Assembly: GCA_001824295.1 (NCBI GenBank)
Contig: MHWY01000001.1
Span: forward strand, 5,034 to 69,033
Length of the DNA stretch: 64,000 bases
Source: Candidatus Zambryskibacteria bacterium RIFOXYD1_FULL_40_13
GTDB taxonomy: Bacteria; Patescibacteriota; Minisyncoccia; Phycocordibacterales; DATDWN01
Reading direction: 5' to 3'
Part shown: positions 1 through 9,051 of the stretch, piece after piece
Numbering within the stretch: the first letter of the stretch is position 1
How the letters are laid out: the number at the start of each line of letters is the position of its first letter
The notes under the pieces: generated by a model
The model's input: only the letters and a program-made list of their open reading frames with translations
Told to the model about the DNA's origin: nothing
The model's database searches: none
Program-made: the position numbers and the translations under genes

Positions 1-42
1 CGCTTTTTAAAACCACTATACATATTCTCCCGACATGGTTTT

Positions 43-687
43 GTGGTAGAAAAAATTATTAAAGAAAATGAGGGAGTATATTCTGTTTATATCACAGGAA
101 AAAACATATCAGAGTACAAATTCCAAAGTGGCCAATATGCAAACTTAATTTTCCTGCAAAAGGGCATGTGGTTCCATCATCCATTTTCTTACTCGGACTC
201 ATTTAACGGAAAAAACCTTAGGTTTACCATAAAATCATTTGGAGATTTTACATCAAAAATCGCAAACCTTCTGCCTGGAACAAGGGTTTGGATAGATGGG
301 CCTCTTGGTATCTTTACCTTAGGAAAATCAGTCAAAAATAAATATGTCTTTGTGGCTGGTGGTATTGGGATTACACCTGTCCTATCAATAATAAAATCTC
401 TCCCAAAAGGCACTGACTCAATTTTATTTTATTCTAACAAAAAAGAGCAGGGTATTATTTTTAAAAATGAATTAAAGGAAAACGGTATAAAAACCTACCT
501 TTTTAACACAGAAAAAGACCAGGACAGGAGAATTGATGCTAATAAGATGTTGGAACTTTGTCCAGATCTCTCCGACCGAGACATTTATATCTGCGGACCA
601 ACCAAAATGATATCCTTTCTTGCTGAAAATCTCATAAAAAACAACATACCGGACAGACAAATTCACTTTGAAAAGTTTAGCTATTAA
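43..687 (+). CDS. FNR-like oxidoreductase, FAD-binding FR-type plus NAD(P)-binding domain
   Basis: RFTIKSFGDFTS and GGIGITP motifs typical of ferredoxin-NADP reductase-like/PyrK-like electron transfer proteins; low-GC core codon usage; start near window edge may be truncated. Confidence 0.55.
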   Translation: MVEKIIKENEGVYSVYITGKNISEYKFQSGQYANLIFLQKGMWFHHPFSYSDSFNGKNLRFTIKSFGDFTSKIANLLPGTRVWIDGPLGIFTLGKSVKNKYVFVAGGIGITPVLSIIKSLPKGTDSILFYSNKKEQGIIFKNELKENGIKTYLFNTEKDQDRRIDANKMLELCPDLSDRDIYICGPTKMISFLAENLIKNNIPDRQIHFEKFSY

Positions 688-820
688 GAGAAGGTTTGTT
701 TGTTCACCTATACAATAAGATTTACTTGCAAAGTGTAGTAAATTGTGATTTAATATGTGTTGGCAAGTTCTGTTCAACCACCTCCCTAGCGCAGGGAGGA
801 CAATCACGGAGGTAGCTGGG

Positions 821-1138
821 ATGAGTTTGAGGAAAACGCTGGCTAGCATCACGCGTGAACCAGCCAAGGATGCGGGTGAACGTGGCAAGCAAATGGAGGA
901 ACTGTACGACGCCCTGAGGAGGAGGGCAATTGCAGTTCTGCCCGTTGGGGCTATCCCACCCAGAGAAGCGGGCATCTGCGATGATTGTGGGAATCCGATC
1001 TCGCCGGCAAGGCTCCAGGCCCTACCGGCGGGCGTGAACAGGTGCATAACCTGCGAGGAGAAGCGAGAGGCCGAAGAGGCAGGCCGGTCCGGCAGGCGCG
1101 GTGATTTCACAAGAACGCCCTGGGTGCCAGGGACATAG
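821..1138 (+). CDS. DksA/TraR-family C4 zinc-finger protein (GC-rich island 1)
   Basis: CDDCGNPISPARLQALPAGVNRCITCEE matches C-x2-C-G-x-I-x3-R-x3-P-x4-C-x2-C TraR/DksA finger; GGAGG SD 8 nt before ATG at 821; ORF track starts earlier at 755; strongly GC-rich versus neighbours. Confidence 0.55.
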   Translation: MSLRKTLASITREPAKDAGERGKQMEELYDALRRRAIAVLPVGAIPPREAGICDDCGNPISPARLQALPAGVNRCITCEEKREAEEAGRSGRRGDFTRTPWVPGT

Positions 1139-1242
1139 TGCGCTCGGGCATCCGACTGGTCCCAGCCCAGTCGGAAAGCCCACAGTCTCGTCGAAGTATC
1201 GGCGGGGCTTTTTTCATTACATTTATCAACAGCCATCCCCCT

Positions 1243-1270
1243 TTACAATATTTGTTTTATTTGTTATAAT
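1243..1270 (+). promoter_or_regulatory. consensus-like sigma70 promoter (TTTACA, 16-17 nt spacer, TATAAT)
   Basis: TTTACA at 1243-1248 and TATAAT at 1265-1270, followed by about 50 nt leader with GGAGAG SD before ATG 1324. Confidence 0.5.
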
Positions 1271-1323
1271 TAGGGTAGAAGTACCGAGCCGGGCGGAAAC
1301 CTGGCCAAGATTAGGAGAGCACC

Positions 1324-1530
1324 ATGCCCCACTCGCACATCAGAGCAATCGCGTCGAAGGAACTTGCTAGGGCGATCATCGCCCAGGCAGTGTCTGACGC
1401 AAGCAACCCCGCTGTGCCAAGTACCACACGGGAAGGTGCGATGTCCTTCCTGACGGACGCGGTGAAGTCGGGTCCAATTCTGGAGGACAACGATAGTGAG
1501 CCTCCGCCCGAAAGCAAGCTCTCAAAGTGA
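1324..1530 (+). CDS. hypothetical 68-aa protein (GC-rich island 1)
   Basis: GGAGAG SD 6 nt upstream; own promoter upstream and intrinsic terminator downstream; no recognisable domain. Confidence 0.45.
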   Translation: MPHSHIRAIASKELARAIIAQAVSDASNPAVPSTTREGAMSFLTDAVKSGPILEDNDSEPPPESKLSK

Positions 1531-1550
1531 CTCCTGAGCGCAACAACACT

Positions 1551-1596
1551 GACCCGTCCCCTTCTCTGGGGGCGGGCAGTTTTTTAAAAAATTATA
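1551..1596. terminator. GC-rich hairpin plus T-run (bidirectional terminator candidate)
   Basis: cccgtcccc ttctct gggggcggg then cagtttttt; also abuts the 3-prime end of the minus-strand gene at 1592. Confidence 0.55.
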
Positions 1597-2146
1597 GGTG
1601 ATCTGGATGACCGTGGCCGTTAATTTTATTCTGATGTCCAAAAATAATTCTACGAACCTCTTCGGGGTGTCTGACCGATGTCATATTAAACTCCTTACTG
1701 TCTTCACTGGCTGTCTGAACCCGTATGTTACCAAACTTCAATAGTGTAGAGATAAAACCTTGAACCTCAAGGGTAACATCTTGTATTTTATTGAAACGAA
1801 GATTTGAAACTTCCCTATGAAACAAGTTTTTCTGGTCTATTATAATTATTCTCTTCTCGGTGACATACCAAACGTCCAAATAATACTTTGTCCACTCGAC
1901 AAAAAATGATATCCAAAGAAAAAGTATCCATAATGTATACAAAAAAATAAAAACAGCTGACTTGTTTTCCAAAAAACCAGCTTGAAGCAATCCCGGCACA
2001 AACTTTTTTACAAGGACAAGTATGAGGGTAGGTAAAATAGCAACAAACAACAAAACAATGGCCTGCCCAAAGAAAACAATCCAATGTTTTCGTACCTCAA
2101 GTACGACCTTTTCCTCTGGTTCAAGATGTAGTGCTCTGTATAACAT
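1592..2146 (-). CDS. membrane protein with bacterial PH (YdbS/YdbT-like, DUF304) domain
   Basis: two N-terminal TM helices followed by PH-like domain; pattern typical of DUF304 proteins. Confidence 0.5.
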   Translation of the reverse strand: MLYRALHLEPEEKVVLEVRKHWIVFFGQAIVLLFVAILPTLILVLVKKFVPGLLQAGFLENKSAVFIFLYTLWILFLWISFFVEWTKYYLDVWYVTEKRIIIIDQKNLFHREVSNLRFNKIQDVTLEVQGFISTLLKFGNIRVQTASEDSKEFNMTSVRHPEEVRRIIFGHQNKINGHGHPDHL

Positions 2147-2148
2147 AA

Positions 2149-2397
2149 CTATAAATAATTTAGGGACATAAATGACAAAGTAAACAAAAACAGCGAAACA
2201 AAAACAAAAAGTGTTTCAGCAAACAAGACCGTCACACTTTTCATTCCATACTGTGTCCAGTGATAAATCAATATGACCGAGACAATGCAATACATTATGA
2301 AAAATATAACCAGAATAATTAGAAAGACCGGTATTCCAGCAAGAAATGATGTGACAAAGTCTGGGAGAATTGGACCAAGATACTGCGATAGTTGCAT
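2149..2397 (-). CDS. small hydrophobic membrane protein
   Basis: 82 aa, almost entirely hydrophobic, tightly packed after the previous gene. Confidence 0.35.
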   Translation of the reverse strand: MQLSQYLGPILPDFVTSFLAGIPVFLIILVIFFIMYCIVSVILIYHWTQYGMKSVTVLFAETLFVFVSLFLFTLSFMSLNYL

Positions 2398-2424
2398 GTG
2401 TTTATTATAACTCCTTAAATAAGT

Positions 2425-3042
2425 TTATTCCACATTATTGCTCTTGCTGAAATAATTCCTTATAAATTTATTTGAAAGTTTATATCCTATTATAAGCAAA
2501 ATCACCCCACCAATTATTATTGAATATGAATACAAGTATCTGTCTATATTTACATAAGAACTTCCGGCATAATAGCCAAAAAGAAAGAAGAAGAGAGTTC
2601 TGGGCACAGTTATTAGGAAACTAAATCTAATGTAATGAAGAAAATCAATTCTCGCTATTCCCGCCGCTACCTGAACCGCTGTACCAAAACCTGGTGAAAG
2701 TTTCGCCAAAATAAGTGTCTTCCCTCTATGCTTCACAAAGTGGTCCTCTAAAAACTTTTCACTTTTTTCACTATATCCAAATATATGTCCATACTTCTTT
2801 ATCCAAACCGATTTACGCCAGTACATACCAACAAGATAACGAACAGAATCCCCTGTGAGGTCTGCGATAATTAAAACCACATAAGTAGCATAAACATTTA
2901 GTAACCCAAAATGGGCAATAAAACCAGAAACCACTGCTGTAGTAATGGACTCCAGTGTTGCCACTGGAAAAAGAAGTAGATATTTGTATTGTTCCAAGAC
3001 AGACAAAATATCCGACAAAGACATGAACATAGATAAAATCAT
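2425..3042 (-). CDS. DedA/TVP38 family membrane protein
   Basis: multi-TM protein with GKTLILAKLSPGFGTAVQVAAG-like conserved DedA core. Confidence 0.65.
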   Translation of the reverse strand: MILSMFMSLSDILSVLEQYKYLLLFPVATLESITTAVVSGFIAHFGLLNVYATYVVLIIADLTGDSVRYLVGMYWRKSVWIKKYGHIFGYSEKSEKFLEDHFVKHRGKTLILAKLSPGFGTAVQVAAGIARIDFLHYIRFSFLITVPRTLFFFLFGYYAGSSYVNIDRYLYSYSIIIGGVILLIIGYKLSNKFIRNYFSKSNNVE

Positions 3043-3160
3043 GACCCCTTTTTACAAAAAAAGCAATGGCCACACCTGTTCAGTTTGACTTCCTTAATAT
3101 TTTTTGCTTTAATAGTGCTGTCAATCGCCGGCTATGGCCGGTTTTTAGATAGAGATATCA

Positions 3161-3331
3161 CTTAATCACATCTTTTTGGAGCGCGCATAAATTTCTGGTG
3201 AAATTTTGCTCTCTCTCGGCTTCCTTACAGGAACAGTACACCTTTCACATTTAGTAAAATGTTCAAGGTCTTGCGAAATGATAATATCATTTCTCACCCG
3301 CCTGCGAAGTCTCCAAAAAGATGTGATTAAG
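3161..3331 (+). repeat. palindromic structured element family 1, copy 1 (in typA leader)
   Basis: perfect 21-bp inverted repeat cttaatcacatctttttggag / ctccaaaaagatgtgattaag closing a core gcgcgcataaatttctggtgaaattttgctctctctcggct ... cctgcgaagtctc shared with copies at 8658 and 43895. Confidence 0.6.
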
Positions 3332-3349
3332 CTTAAAACAATAAAAGAA

Positions 3350-5161
3350 ATGGAAATACGAAACATAGCCATCATAGCCCATGTAGACCACGGCAAAACC
3401 ATGCTCACTGACGCCCTTATGCGTCAGACTGGCATGGTCACAACCGAAGGCGCCACTATGGATTCAAACGCTCTGGAACAGGAGCGTGGTATTACTATAT
3501 ATGCCAAGAATACATCTATTTACTATCCACCAAAGGAATCAGGGCGAGAGGTTACAAAGATAAATATTGTTGATACTCCGGGGCACTCCGACTTTGGTTC
3601 AGAGGTTGAGAGAGTCCTAAGGTCCATAGACACCGTCCTTCTCCTCGTTGACGCGCAGGAAGGACCAATGCCACAAACCAGATTTGTTTTGAAAAAATCC
3701 CTAGAACTTGGACTGAAGCCGATTGTAATCATCAACAAGATAGACAAGCCAGCCAGTAGGCCAGAGGAGGTCCATGAATTGGTTTTGGAACTATTTCTTG
3801 AACTTGGAGCAAACGACGAGCAACTAGACTTCACAACAGTCTACGCTATCGGACGAGAAGGTATTGCAAAGATGAACCTTGCTGATGAAAACAAGGACTT
3901 AACTCCCCTTCTTGAAACAATATTAAAAGAAGTTCCTCCTGCGTCCGGAGACAAAACATTGCCTGCCAGGCTTCAATCATTTAATCTTGCATACGATAAT
4001 TTTCTTGGAAGATTAGCTGTCTGTAGAGTATATGAAGGTACAATAAAAAACGGGGATGTTGTGTTTGTTAAGCAACATCACAACACATCAAATACTGGAG
4101 ACCAGAGTAAGGTTGTCTCGGGCAAACTAACAAAACTTTTCAGCTTTGAGGGAACAAAGAGATTGGAAATAACAGAAGCTTCTGCTGGAGATATTGTCAT
4201 GATTGCCGGACTTCCAACTGTGTACATTGGAGACACAATTTGTAAAGACGAGAATGCTGATATGCTTCCATCTATCAATATTGATGAACCAACAATTTCT
4301 CTTAACTTTTTGGTTAACGACTCCCCTTTTGCTGGGCGTGAAGGAAAATATGTTACAGGACGACAAATCAGAGAGAGGTTGGAGAAAGAACTGGAAATGA
4401 ATGTGGGCCTCAAAATTGACTGGAACGACGGTGCACAGGTTGAGGGATATACCGTATACGGTCGTGGCGAACTGCATATCGCCATTCTTTTGGAGAACAT
4501 GAGAAGAGAGGGATATGAACTCCAAGTGTCACAACCAAAAGTTATAATCAAGGAAAAAGATGGGGTAATGCTAGAACCTTTTGAGGAAGTGACCGTAGAT
4601 ATCTCCGACGAACTAGCCAGCTCCGTTATCTCACGACTAACAGAAAGGAGAGGAATCCTGATGAACGTTAGACAAACTCATGGACACCAGAGACTTATAT
4701 TTGAAATTCCAACAAGAGGACTTCTTGGTTATCGTGGACAATTCATTGTAGACACAAAAGGTCTCGGTATATTGTCTTCAAGATTTGTTGAATTTCGCGA
4801 ACATGTTGGAGAAATAAAACGCACAACTTATGGCTCTATGGTCTCCATGGAGTCCGGCAAGGTTCTAGCTTTTGCCTTGGACAACTTACAACAAAGAGGA
4901 ACTCTATATGTTGACCCTGGAACAGAGGTATATGTCGGAATGGTTATTGGAAACGTCTCAAAAGGAGCTGATTTGTCAGTAAACCCCACAAAAGGTAAAC
5001 AACTGACAAACATGAGATCAACAAGTTCCGATGGTTCTATATACCTTGCCGCCACATACAAACTTGATATAGAAAAAGCCATGGAAATAATGGCTGAAGA
5101 TGAATACATAGAAATTACTCCAAAGTCAGTCAGACTTCGAAAGAAAACAGTAAGAAAATAA
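3350..5161 (+). CDS. typA: translational GTPase TypA/BipA
   Basis: IRNIAIIAHVDHGKTMLTDAL G1 motif, DTPGHSDF, NKIDK; full-length EF-G-like domain order; start chosen at ATG 3350 just after the repeat (ORF track start 3206 lies inside the repeat). Confidence 0.9.
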   Translation: MEIRNIAIIAHVDHGKTMLTDALMRQTGMVTTEGATMDSNALEQERGITIYAKNTSIYYPPKESGREVTKINIVDTPGHSDFGSEVERVLRSIDTVLLLVDAQEGPMPQTRFVLKKSLELGLKPIVIINKIDKPASRPEEVHELVLELFLELGANDEQLDFTTVYAIGREGIAKMNLADENKDLTPLLETILKEVPPASGDKTLPARLQSFNLAYDNFLGRLAVCRVYEGTIKNGDVVFVKQHHNTSNTGDQSKVVSGKLTKLFSFEGTKRLEITEASAGDIVMIAGLPTVYIGDTICKDENADMLPSINIDEPTISLNFLVNDSPFAGREGKYVTGRQIRERLEKELEMNVGLKIDWNDGAQVEGYTVYGRGELHIAILLENMRREGYELQVSQPKVIIKEKDGVMLEPFEEVTVDISDELASSVISRLTERRGILMNVRQTHGHQRLIFEIPTRGLLGYRGQFIVDTKGLGILSSRFVEFREHVGEIKRTTYGSMVSMESGKVLAFALDNLQQRGTLYVDPGTEVYVGMVIGNVSKGADLSVNPTKGKQLTNMRSTSSDGSIYLAATYKLDIEKAMEIMAEDEYIEITPKSVRLRKKTVRK

Positions 5162-5169
5162 AGCGAAAG

Positions 5170-5205
5170 GCCCTGGCGTGTATGCACGCCAGGGCCGGGT
5201 GGAAC
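5170..5205. terminator. GC-rich hairpin shared by convergent typA and island-2 gene
   Basis: ggccctggcgtg tatg cacgccagggcc perfect stem. Confidence 0.55.
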
Positions 5206-5215
5206 AAGAGAGGGA

Positions 5216-5623
5216 CTAGACAGCCTGACTGAGAGGCTGCTGCACGAACGACGAGAGAAGGGCGTCGCGCTCTTCCTGCGTCACGTCAACCGACATGCGA
5301 CCGTCACGAACACCGTCGAGCTTCGTGTAGCCCTGGGGTGTGATTCCGGCGAGAAGCTCCTTGAGGACCCTCCTCTTCGCCGGATCAACCTCGACCGCAC
5401 GGACGACCTGCTCAAGTGTCCGTCGGTCATACATCGAAACCTCTCCCCACTCGGAGTCGACGATAGGTGGCTTGTCGATGATCTCCCCAACAACATCCGG
5501 GTGAACACCCGCCCTTGCTGCAAAATCGACCCGAGTCTTGCCCTGACCCGCATAGCCCCAGAGCCTGACGTAAATGCCAAAACTCTGAGCCTGCATCTGT
5601 CGTCTAGTCTGCCTATCGAGCAT
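5216..5623 (-). CDS. hypothetical 135-aa protein (GC-rich island 2)
   Basis: GGGAGG SD 7 nt before ATG; GC-rich; no confident domain (possible HTH near N-terminus). Confidence 0.45.
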   Translation of the reverse strand: MLDRQTRRQMQAQSFGIYVRLWGYAGQGKTRVDFAARAGVHPDVVGEIIDKPPIVDSEWGEVSMYDRRTLEQVVRAVEVDPAKRRVLKELLAGITPQGYTKLDGVRDGRMSVDVTQEERDALLSSFVQQPLSQAV

Positions 5624-5715
5624 CGTCTATCCTCCCGCGTCCCGCGTTGATGTGACCGCACTGTCCCTCTGCTTCCATATATAATATAACCATAGTCTTA
5701 GCCATGGTGCAAATA

Positions 5716-6492
5716 CTATTGTGTATTTCCTACTTCATACTCACCTATTTTTGTTCTCTTTATATAAAAAGTTGTGGCTACAGCATCAAATGATTTCGAG
5801 AAATCAGAAACAAACTGACGGACATAAAAACCGCTTGAAACAGTTATACTAATCTCATCAATAGTGTATTCCTTGTACATATTGTTCACCAAAAGTTCAA
5901 CCCATTTGTTTAGTATTTCTTTCTGCCTGAAGTCACCAATTACAGACTTAATCTTTGTTTTTACTTCATTTAGCAAATCGCTTCCAAGAATTGTCTTGCG
6001 GGAAATGTGGGTGGCTTCAAAAATCTCCACCTCGTGACTAGGAATCTCAATCTCATGAAGTTTTCCGCTCCTTGCCCACTCAAGTAGAGGCAGACCATTA
6101 ACTGGTTTTGAGGAATAGGCGGGATACCTTTGTTCAAACTTTCCCGGAACATTTTCTAGGGCCTTTTTTATCTCTATTGATGTTGGCAGACTTATTTCCT
6201 TACCTTGAACCACTCCCAAAACATCTAGTGTGTCCGTTTCAAATCCCCAGAGCATCTGAAATTCGTAAGTTTTTTTCAAATCTAGATACCTTTCCTTGTC
6301 CCTTATCTCGTCACCCGACAAGACTAGAAGTAAACCCTCAGCAAGCGGGTCAAGACGCCCAGCATAGGTCATGGGTACGACAGAATAATCAGGATTTTCC
6401 CTCTTAAACCTCATAACACACTGGTTTGGGGTTTCACCCATCTTTTTATACAGCAGGTGGGCTTTATTTAACTCTGGGCTATTTTTTTCCAT
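5716..6492 (-). CDS. truB: tRNA pseudouridine(55) synthase TruB
   Basis: YAGRLDPLAEGLLLVLSGD catalytic Asp motif of TruB/Pus family. Confidence 0.75.
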   Translation of the reverse strand: MEKNSPELNKAHLLYKKMGETPNQCVMRFKRENPDYSVVPMTYAGRLDPLAEGLLLVLSGDEIRDKERYLDLKKTYEFQMLWGFETDTLDVLGVVQGKEISLPTSIEIKKALENVPGKFEQRYPAYSSKPVNGLPLLEWARSGKLHEIEIPSHEVEIFEATHISRKTILGSDLLNEVKTKIKSVIGDFRQKEILNKWVELLVNNMYKEYTIDEISITVSSGFYVRQFVSDFSKSFDAVATTFYIKRTKIGEYEVGNTQ

Positions 6493-6514
6493 ATACTCTG
6501 ATACAATAACCTAT

Positions 6515-7801
6515 ATGAAGAATATTTCAAAATTAAGCACTGAGAGCTACAAAGGGGTTAGGGATTTCTACCCCGAGGATTTGTTTATTCAAAACTATAT
6601 TTTTGACACTTGGAGAAAGACAGTTGAGAAGTTTGGCTATGTGGAATACAGCGCATCTGTCCTAGAACCTGCTGAGCTTTATAAAGCAAAGACGGGTGAA
6701 GAGATAGTCAATGAGCAAACATACACCTTTACAGACCGCGGAGAGAGACAAGTCACTCTAAGGCCAGAAATGACCCCGACTGTTGCCCGCCTGGTTGCCC
6801 AGAAACAACACGAACTTACTTTCCCCCTAAGATGGTATTCAATTCCTAATCTTTTTCGTTACGAGAAACCACAGAGAGGACGCCTACGTGAACACTGGCA
6901 ACTCAATGTAGATTTCTTTGGCATTGATTCTATTAATGCAGATATAGAAATCATCACTGTGGCGGAGCGAATAATGAAAAGCTTTGGTGCAAAAGACGGT
7001 GATTTTGTAATAAAGATAAACGACAGGAGAATAATGTCATCTCTATATGAAAAATTTCATTTAGACAATGAAGCATCATATAAAGTTTCAAAGATAATAG
7101 ATAAAAAAAATAAAATCACAGCTGAAAGCTTTGGGTCGGCTTTGGCAGAAATAATCGGAGAGAAAGCAAAGGAGTTTGTGACCCTGCTTGAATCCAGCGA
7201 GAAACTGTTTGACTATTTCGGTGAGGAAAACAAACATGTGAAAGAGTTGGTCAGCTTGATAGAAGAACTACAAAAAAGTGGTATTGCAAACGTAGAGTTT
7301 GACCCAACACTTATGCGTGGATTTGACTATTACACCGGTACGGTGTTTGAGGTGTTTGATAACCACCCAGATAACAACCGCTCAGTTTTTGGTGGTGGTA
7401 GATATGACGATTTGCTAGATATATTTGGTGCAGAAAAAGTTCCAACCATTGGTTTTGGTGCGGGCGATGTCACAATGAGAGACTTCCTTGAGACCCACGG
7501 CTTACTCCCAGAATACAGACAAAACATCAATCTCTATATCTGCTCAACAAAACCTGAATACATTGATGAGTCTCAGAAACTAGCAAACACACTAAGAGAG
7601 AACGGCCTAAACGTTGCGGTAGACTTGAGTGGCAAAAAACTTGGAGACCAGATGAAGATTGCCAATAAACAAGGTATACCTTATGTAATCTGTGTTGGTG
7701 AGGATGAAATAAAATCTGGTTTGTATGGAGTAAAGAACATGGACAGCGGTGAGGAAGAGAAAGTGAAGATAGAAGAAATTGCCGATATTGTTAAAAAATA
7801 G
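6515..7801 (+). CDS. hisS: histidyl-tRNA synthetase
   Basis: class II aaRS motifs, GVRDFYPEDL, FRYEKPQRGRLREHWQ motif 2, C-terminal anticodon-binding domain. Confidence 0.9.
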   Translation: MKNISKLSTESYKGVRDFYPEDLFIQNYIFDTWRKTVEKFGYVEYSASVLEPAELYKAKTGEEIVNEQTYTFTDRGERQVTLRPEMTPTVARLVAQKQHELTFPLRWYSIPNLFRYEKPQRGRLREHWQLNVDFFGIDSINADIEIITVAERIMKSFGAKDGDFVIKINDRRIMSSLYEKFHLDNEASYKVSKIIDKKNKITAESFGSALAEIIGEKAKEFVTLLESSEKLFDYFGEENKHVKELVSLIEELQKSGIANVEFDPTLMRGFDYYTGTVFEVFDNHPDNNRSVFGGGRYDDLLDIFGAEKVPTIGFGAGDVTMRDFLETHGLLPEYRQNINLYICSTKPEYIDESQKLANTLRENGLNVAVDLSGKKLGDQMKIANKQGIPYVICVGEDEIKSGLYGVKNMDSGEEEKVKIEEIADIVKK

Positions 7802-7834
7802 TTACGAATTTTAAATAATATTTTAGACACGCAT

Positions 7835-7852
7835 AAACCCCTGTTGGGGTTT
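7835..7852 (+). terminator. intrinsic terminator after hisS
   Basis: aaacccc tgtt ggggttt followed by T-rich tract. Confidence 0.45.
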
Positions 7853-8043
7853 TGCTATTCTCGTCAATCAAGAAAACAATCTTCCTCAGTGCTGGCCCTT
7901 TCGCAAACTTCTCGTCGATTACGACTTCGTCAAACAGTGCTTCGGGCTGGCGCACTTCGTCGTTGTTTTCTAATTGACTGCGAAATGTCTAAAATATCAC
8001 TTAAAATTTTGCGATTGGTTGGGTTCACTGGTATACTGGCTTT

Positions 8044-8625
8044 ATGAAAAAAATTGTATTTGATATAGAAACAAAAAATATTTTCCAGGATGTCGGCTCC
8101 AGTGATCCGGTAGATTTGGACATATCACTTGTGGGACTTTACGATTACGAAACAAACACATATGACAGCTTTCTTGAAGATGATTTTGAAAGATTGTGGA
8201 ACATACTGGAGAAAGCAGAGGTTTTGATAACATACAACGGAGACCATTTTGATATCCCCCTACTTAACAAATACTACAAAAAAGCTGGACGAGGAGACCT
8301 CTCCAAAATTCGTTCTCTTGATTTACTCAAGGAAATAAAGAATTCTTATGGCCGAAGAATGAAGCTAGACCAAATAGCCGAAGGCACCTTTGGTATTGGT
8401 AAAAGTGGTAATGGACTGGAGGCTGTTGCTTGGTGGCGAAGCGGAGAGATAGAGAAAATTCGTAAATATTGTCTAGACGATGTGCGTATTACAAAAGATG
8501 TGTATGAATATGCCCTAAAAAACAAGAAGCTGATTTTCAAAGAGGGTCCATTCATGAAAGAAATAAAGCTTGATACGAAACATTGGGAACCAGTATCAGA
8601 GGTAAAAACCCAATCTCTGTTTTAA
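8044..8625 (+). CDS. DEDD-family 3-prime to 5-prime exonuclease (RNase H-like fold)
   Basis: FDIETKN, YNGDHFDIPLL, CLDDVRITKDVYEY motifs (DEDDy exonuclease I-III). Confidence 0.65.
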   Translation: MKKIVFDIETKNIFQDVGSSDPVDLDISLVGLYDYETNTYDSFLEDDFERLWNILEKAEVLITYNGDHFDIPLLNKYYKKAGRGDLSKIRSLDLLKEIKNSYGRRMKLDQIAEGTFGIGKSGNGLEAVAWWRSGEIEKIRKYCLDDVRITKDVYEYALKNKKLIFKEGPFMKEIKLDTKHWEPVSEVKTQSLF

Positions 8626-8657
8626 TATATAAACTCTTTTCGTCTTTTAAACATCAC

Positions 8658-8762
8658 GAATCTCTCACATATATTTTTTGAGCGCGCATAAATTTCTGGT
8701 GAAATTTTGCTCTCTCTCGGCTACCCACCTGCGAAGTCTCAAAAAACATATGTGAGAGATTC
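8658..8762 (+). repeat. palindromic structured element family 1, copy 2
   Basis: 25-bp inverted repeat gaatctctcacatatattttttgag / ctcaaaaaacatatgtgagagattc (1 mismatch) closing the same conserved core as copy 1. Confidence 0.6.
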
Positions 8763-8864
8763 ATTTACTTAAATCAGACAGTTTTTAGATAAAAAAAGAG
8801 GCTGTGGGGACCCCGCCGTCCCCACTCCTCCACCACTTGTCGCGATCACCCGCTGCTTGGCAGG

Positions 8865-8948
8865 TTACCGCCGACGCGCCCTTCCTTCTTCGAGATTCGC
8901 CACTTCGCGCTTCTTGTGTTTCTTCACCGCCGCACCGTTGAGTCTCAT
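8865..8948 (-). CDS. possible 27-aa basic peptide in GC-rich mini-island 3 (MRLNGAAVKKHKKREVANLEEGRARRR)
   Basis: AGGAG SD 7 nt before ATG; followed on minus strand by ggggac..gtcccc hairpin plus T-run at 8801-8830; alternative 67-aa frame 8785..8988 lacks SD and reads through the hairpin. Confidence 0.3.
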   Translation of the reverse strand: MRLNGAAVKKHKKREVANLEEGRARRR

Positions 8949-9051
8949 GGCACACTCCTGTGAAGGACTGGTCAACTCGTGACCACATCCTCTATAAGCA
9001 TAGCATATGCCCATTTGTCGTCAACAATAATTATCCACCAACGCCTACTAG

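Noticed and set aside
472-1236. 254-aa minus-strand ORF spanning the end of the FNR-like gene and island 1
   Set aside because: It runs antisense to a well-supported gene and through the GC-rich island, where long spurious ORFs are expected. There is no SD.
3206-3349. ORF-track start of typA at 3206
   Set aside because: The extension lies inside the palindromic repeat/leader. Conserved TypA N-terminus begins at the ATG at 3350.
5281-5661. 126-aa alternative frame overlapping the island-2 gene
   Set aside because: It is in the same GC-rich DNA. The 135-aa frame has a GGGAGG SD and ATG, and this one does not.
7862-7960. moderately GC-elevated stretch between hisS and the exonuclease gene, considered as a tRNA or small gene
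   Set aside because: No cloverleaf (no GTTCRANYC T-arm or acceptor pairing) and no ATG ORF with an SD. It is probably just a leader.
8785-8988. 67-aa minus-strand ORF in mini-island 3
   Set aside because: It has no SD and reads through the terminator hairpin. The 27-aa alternative has a proper SD. Both are low confidence.
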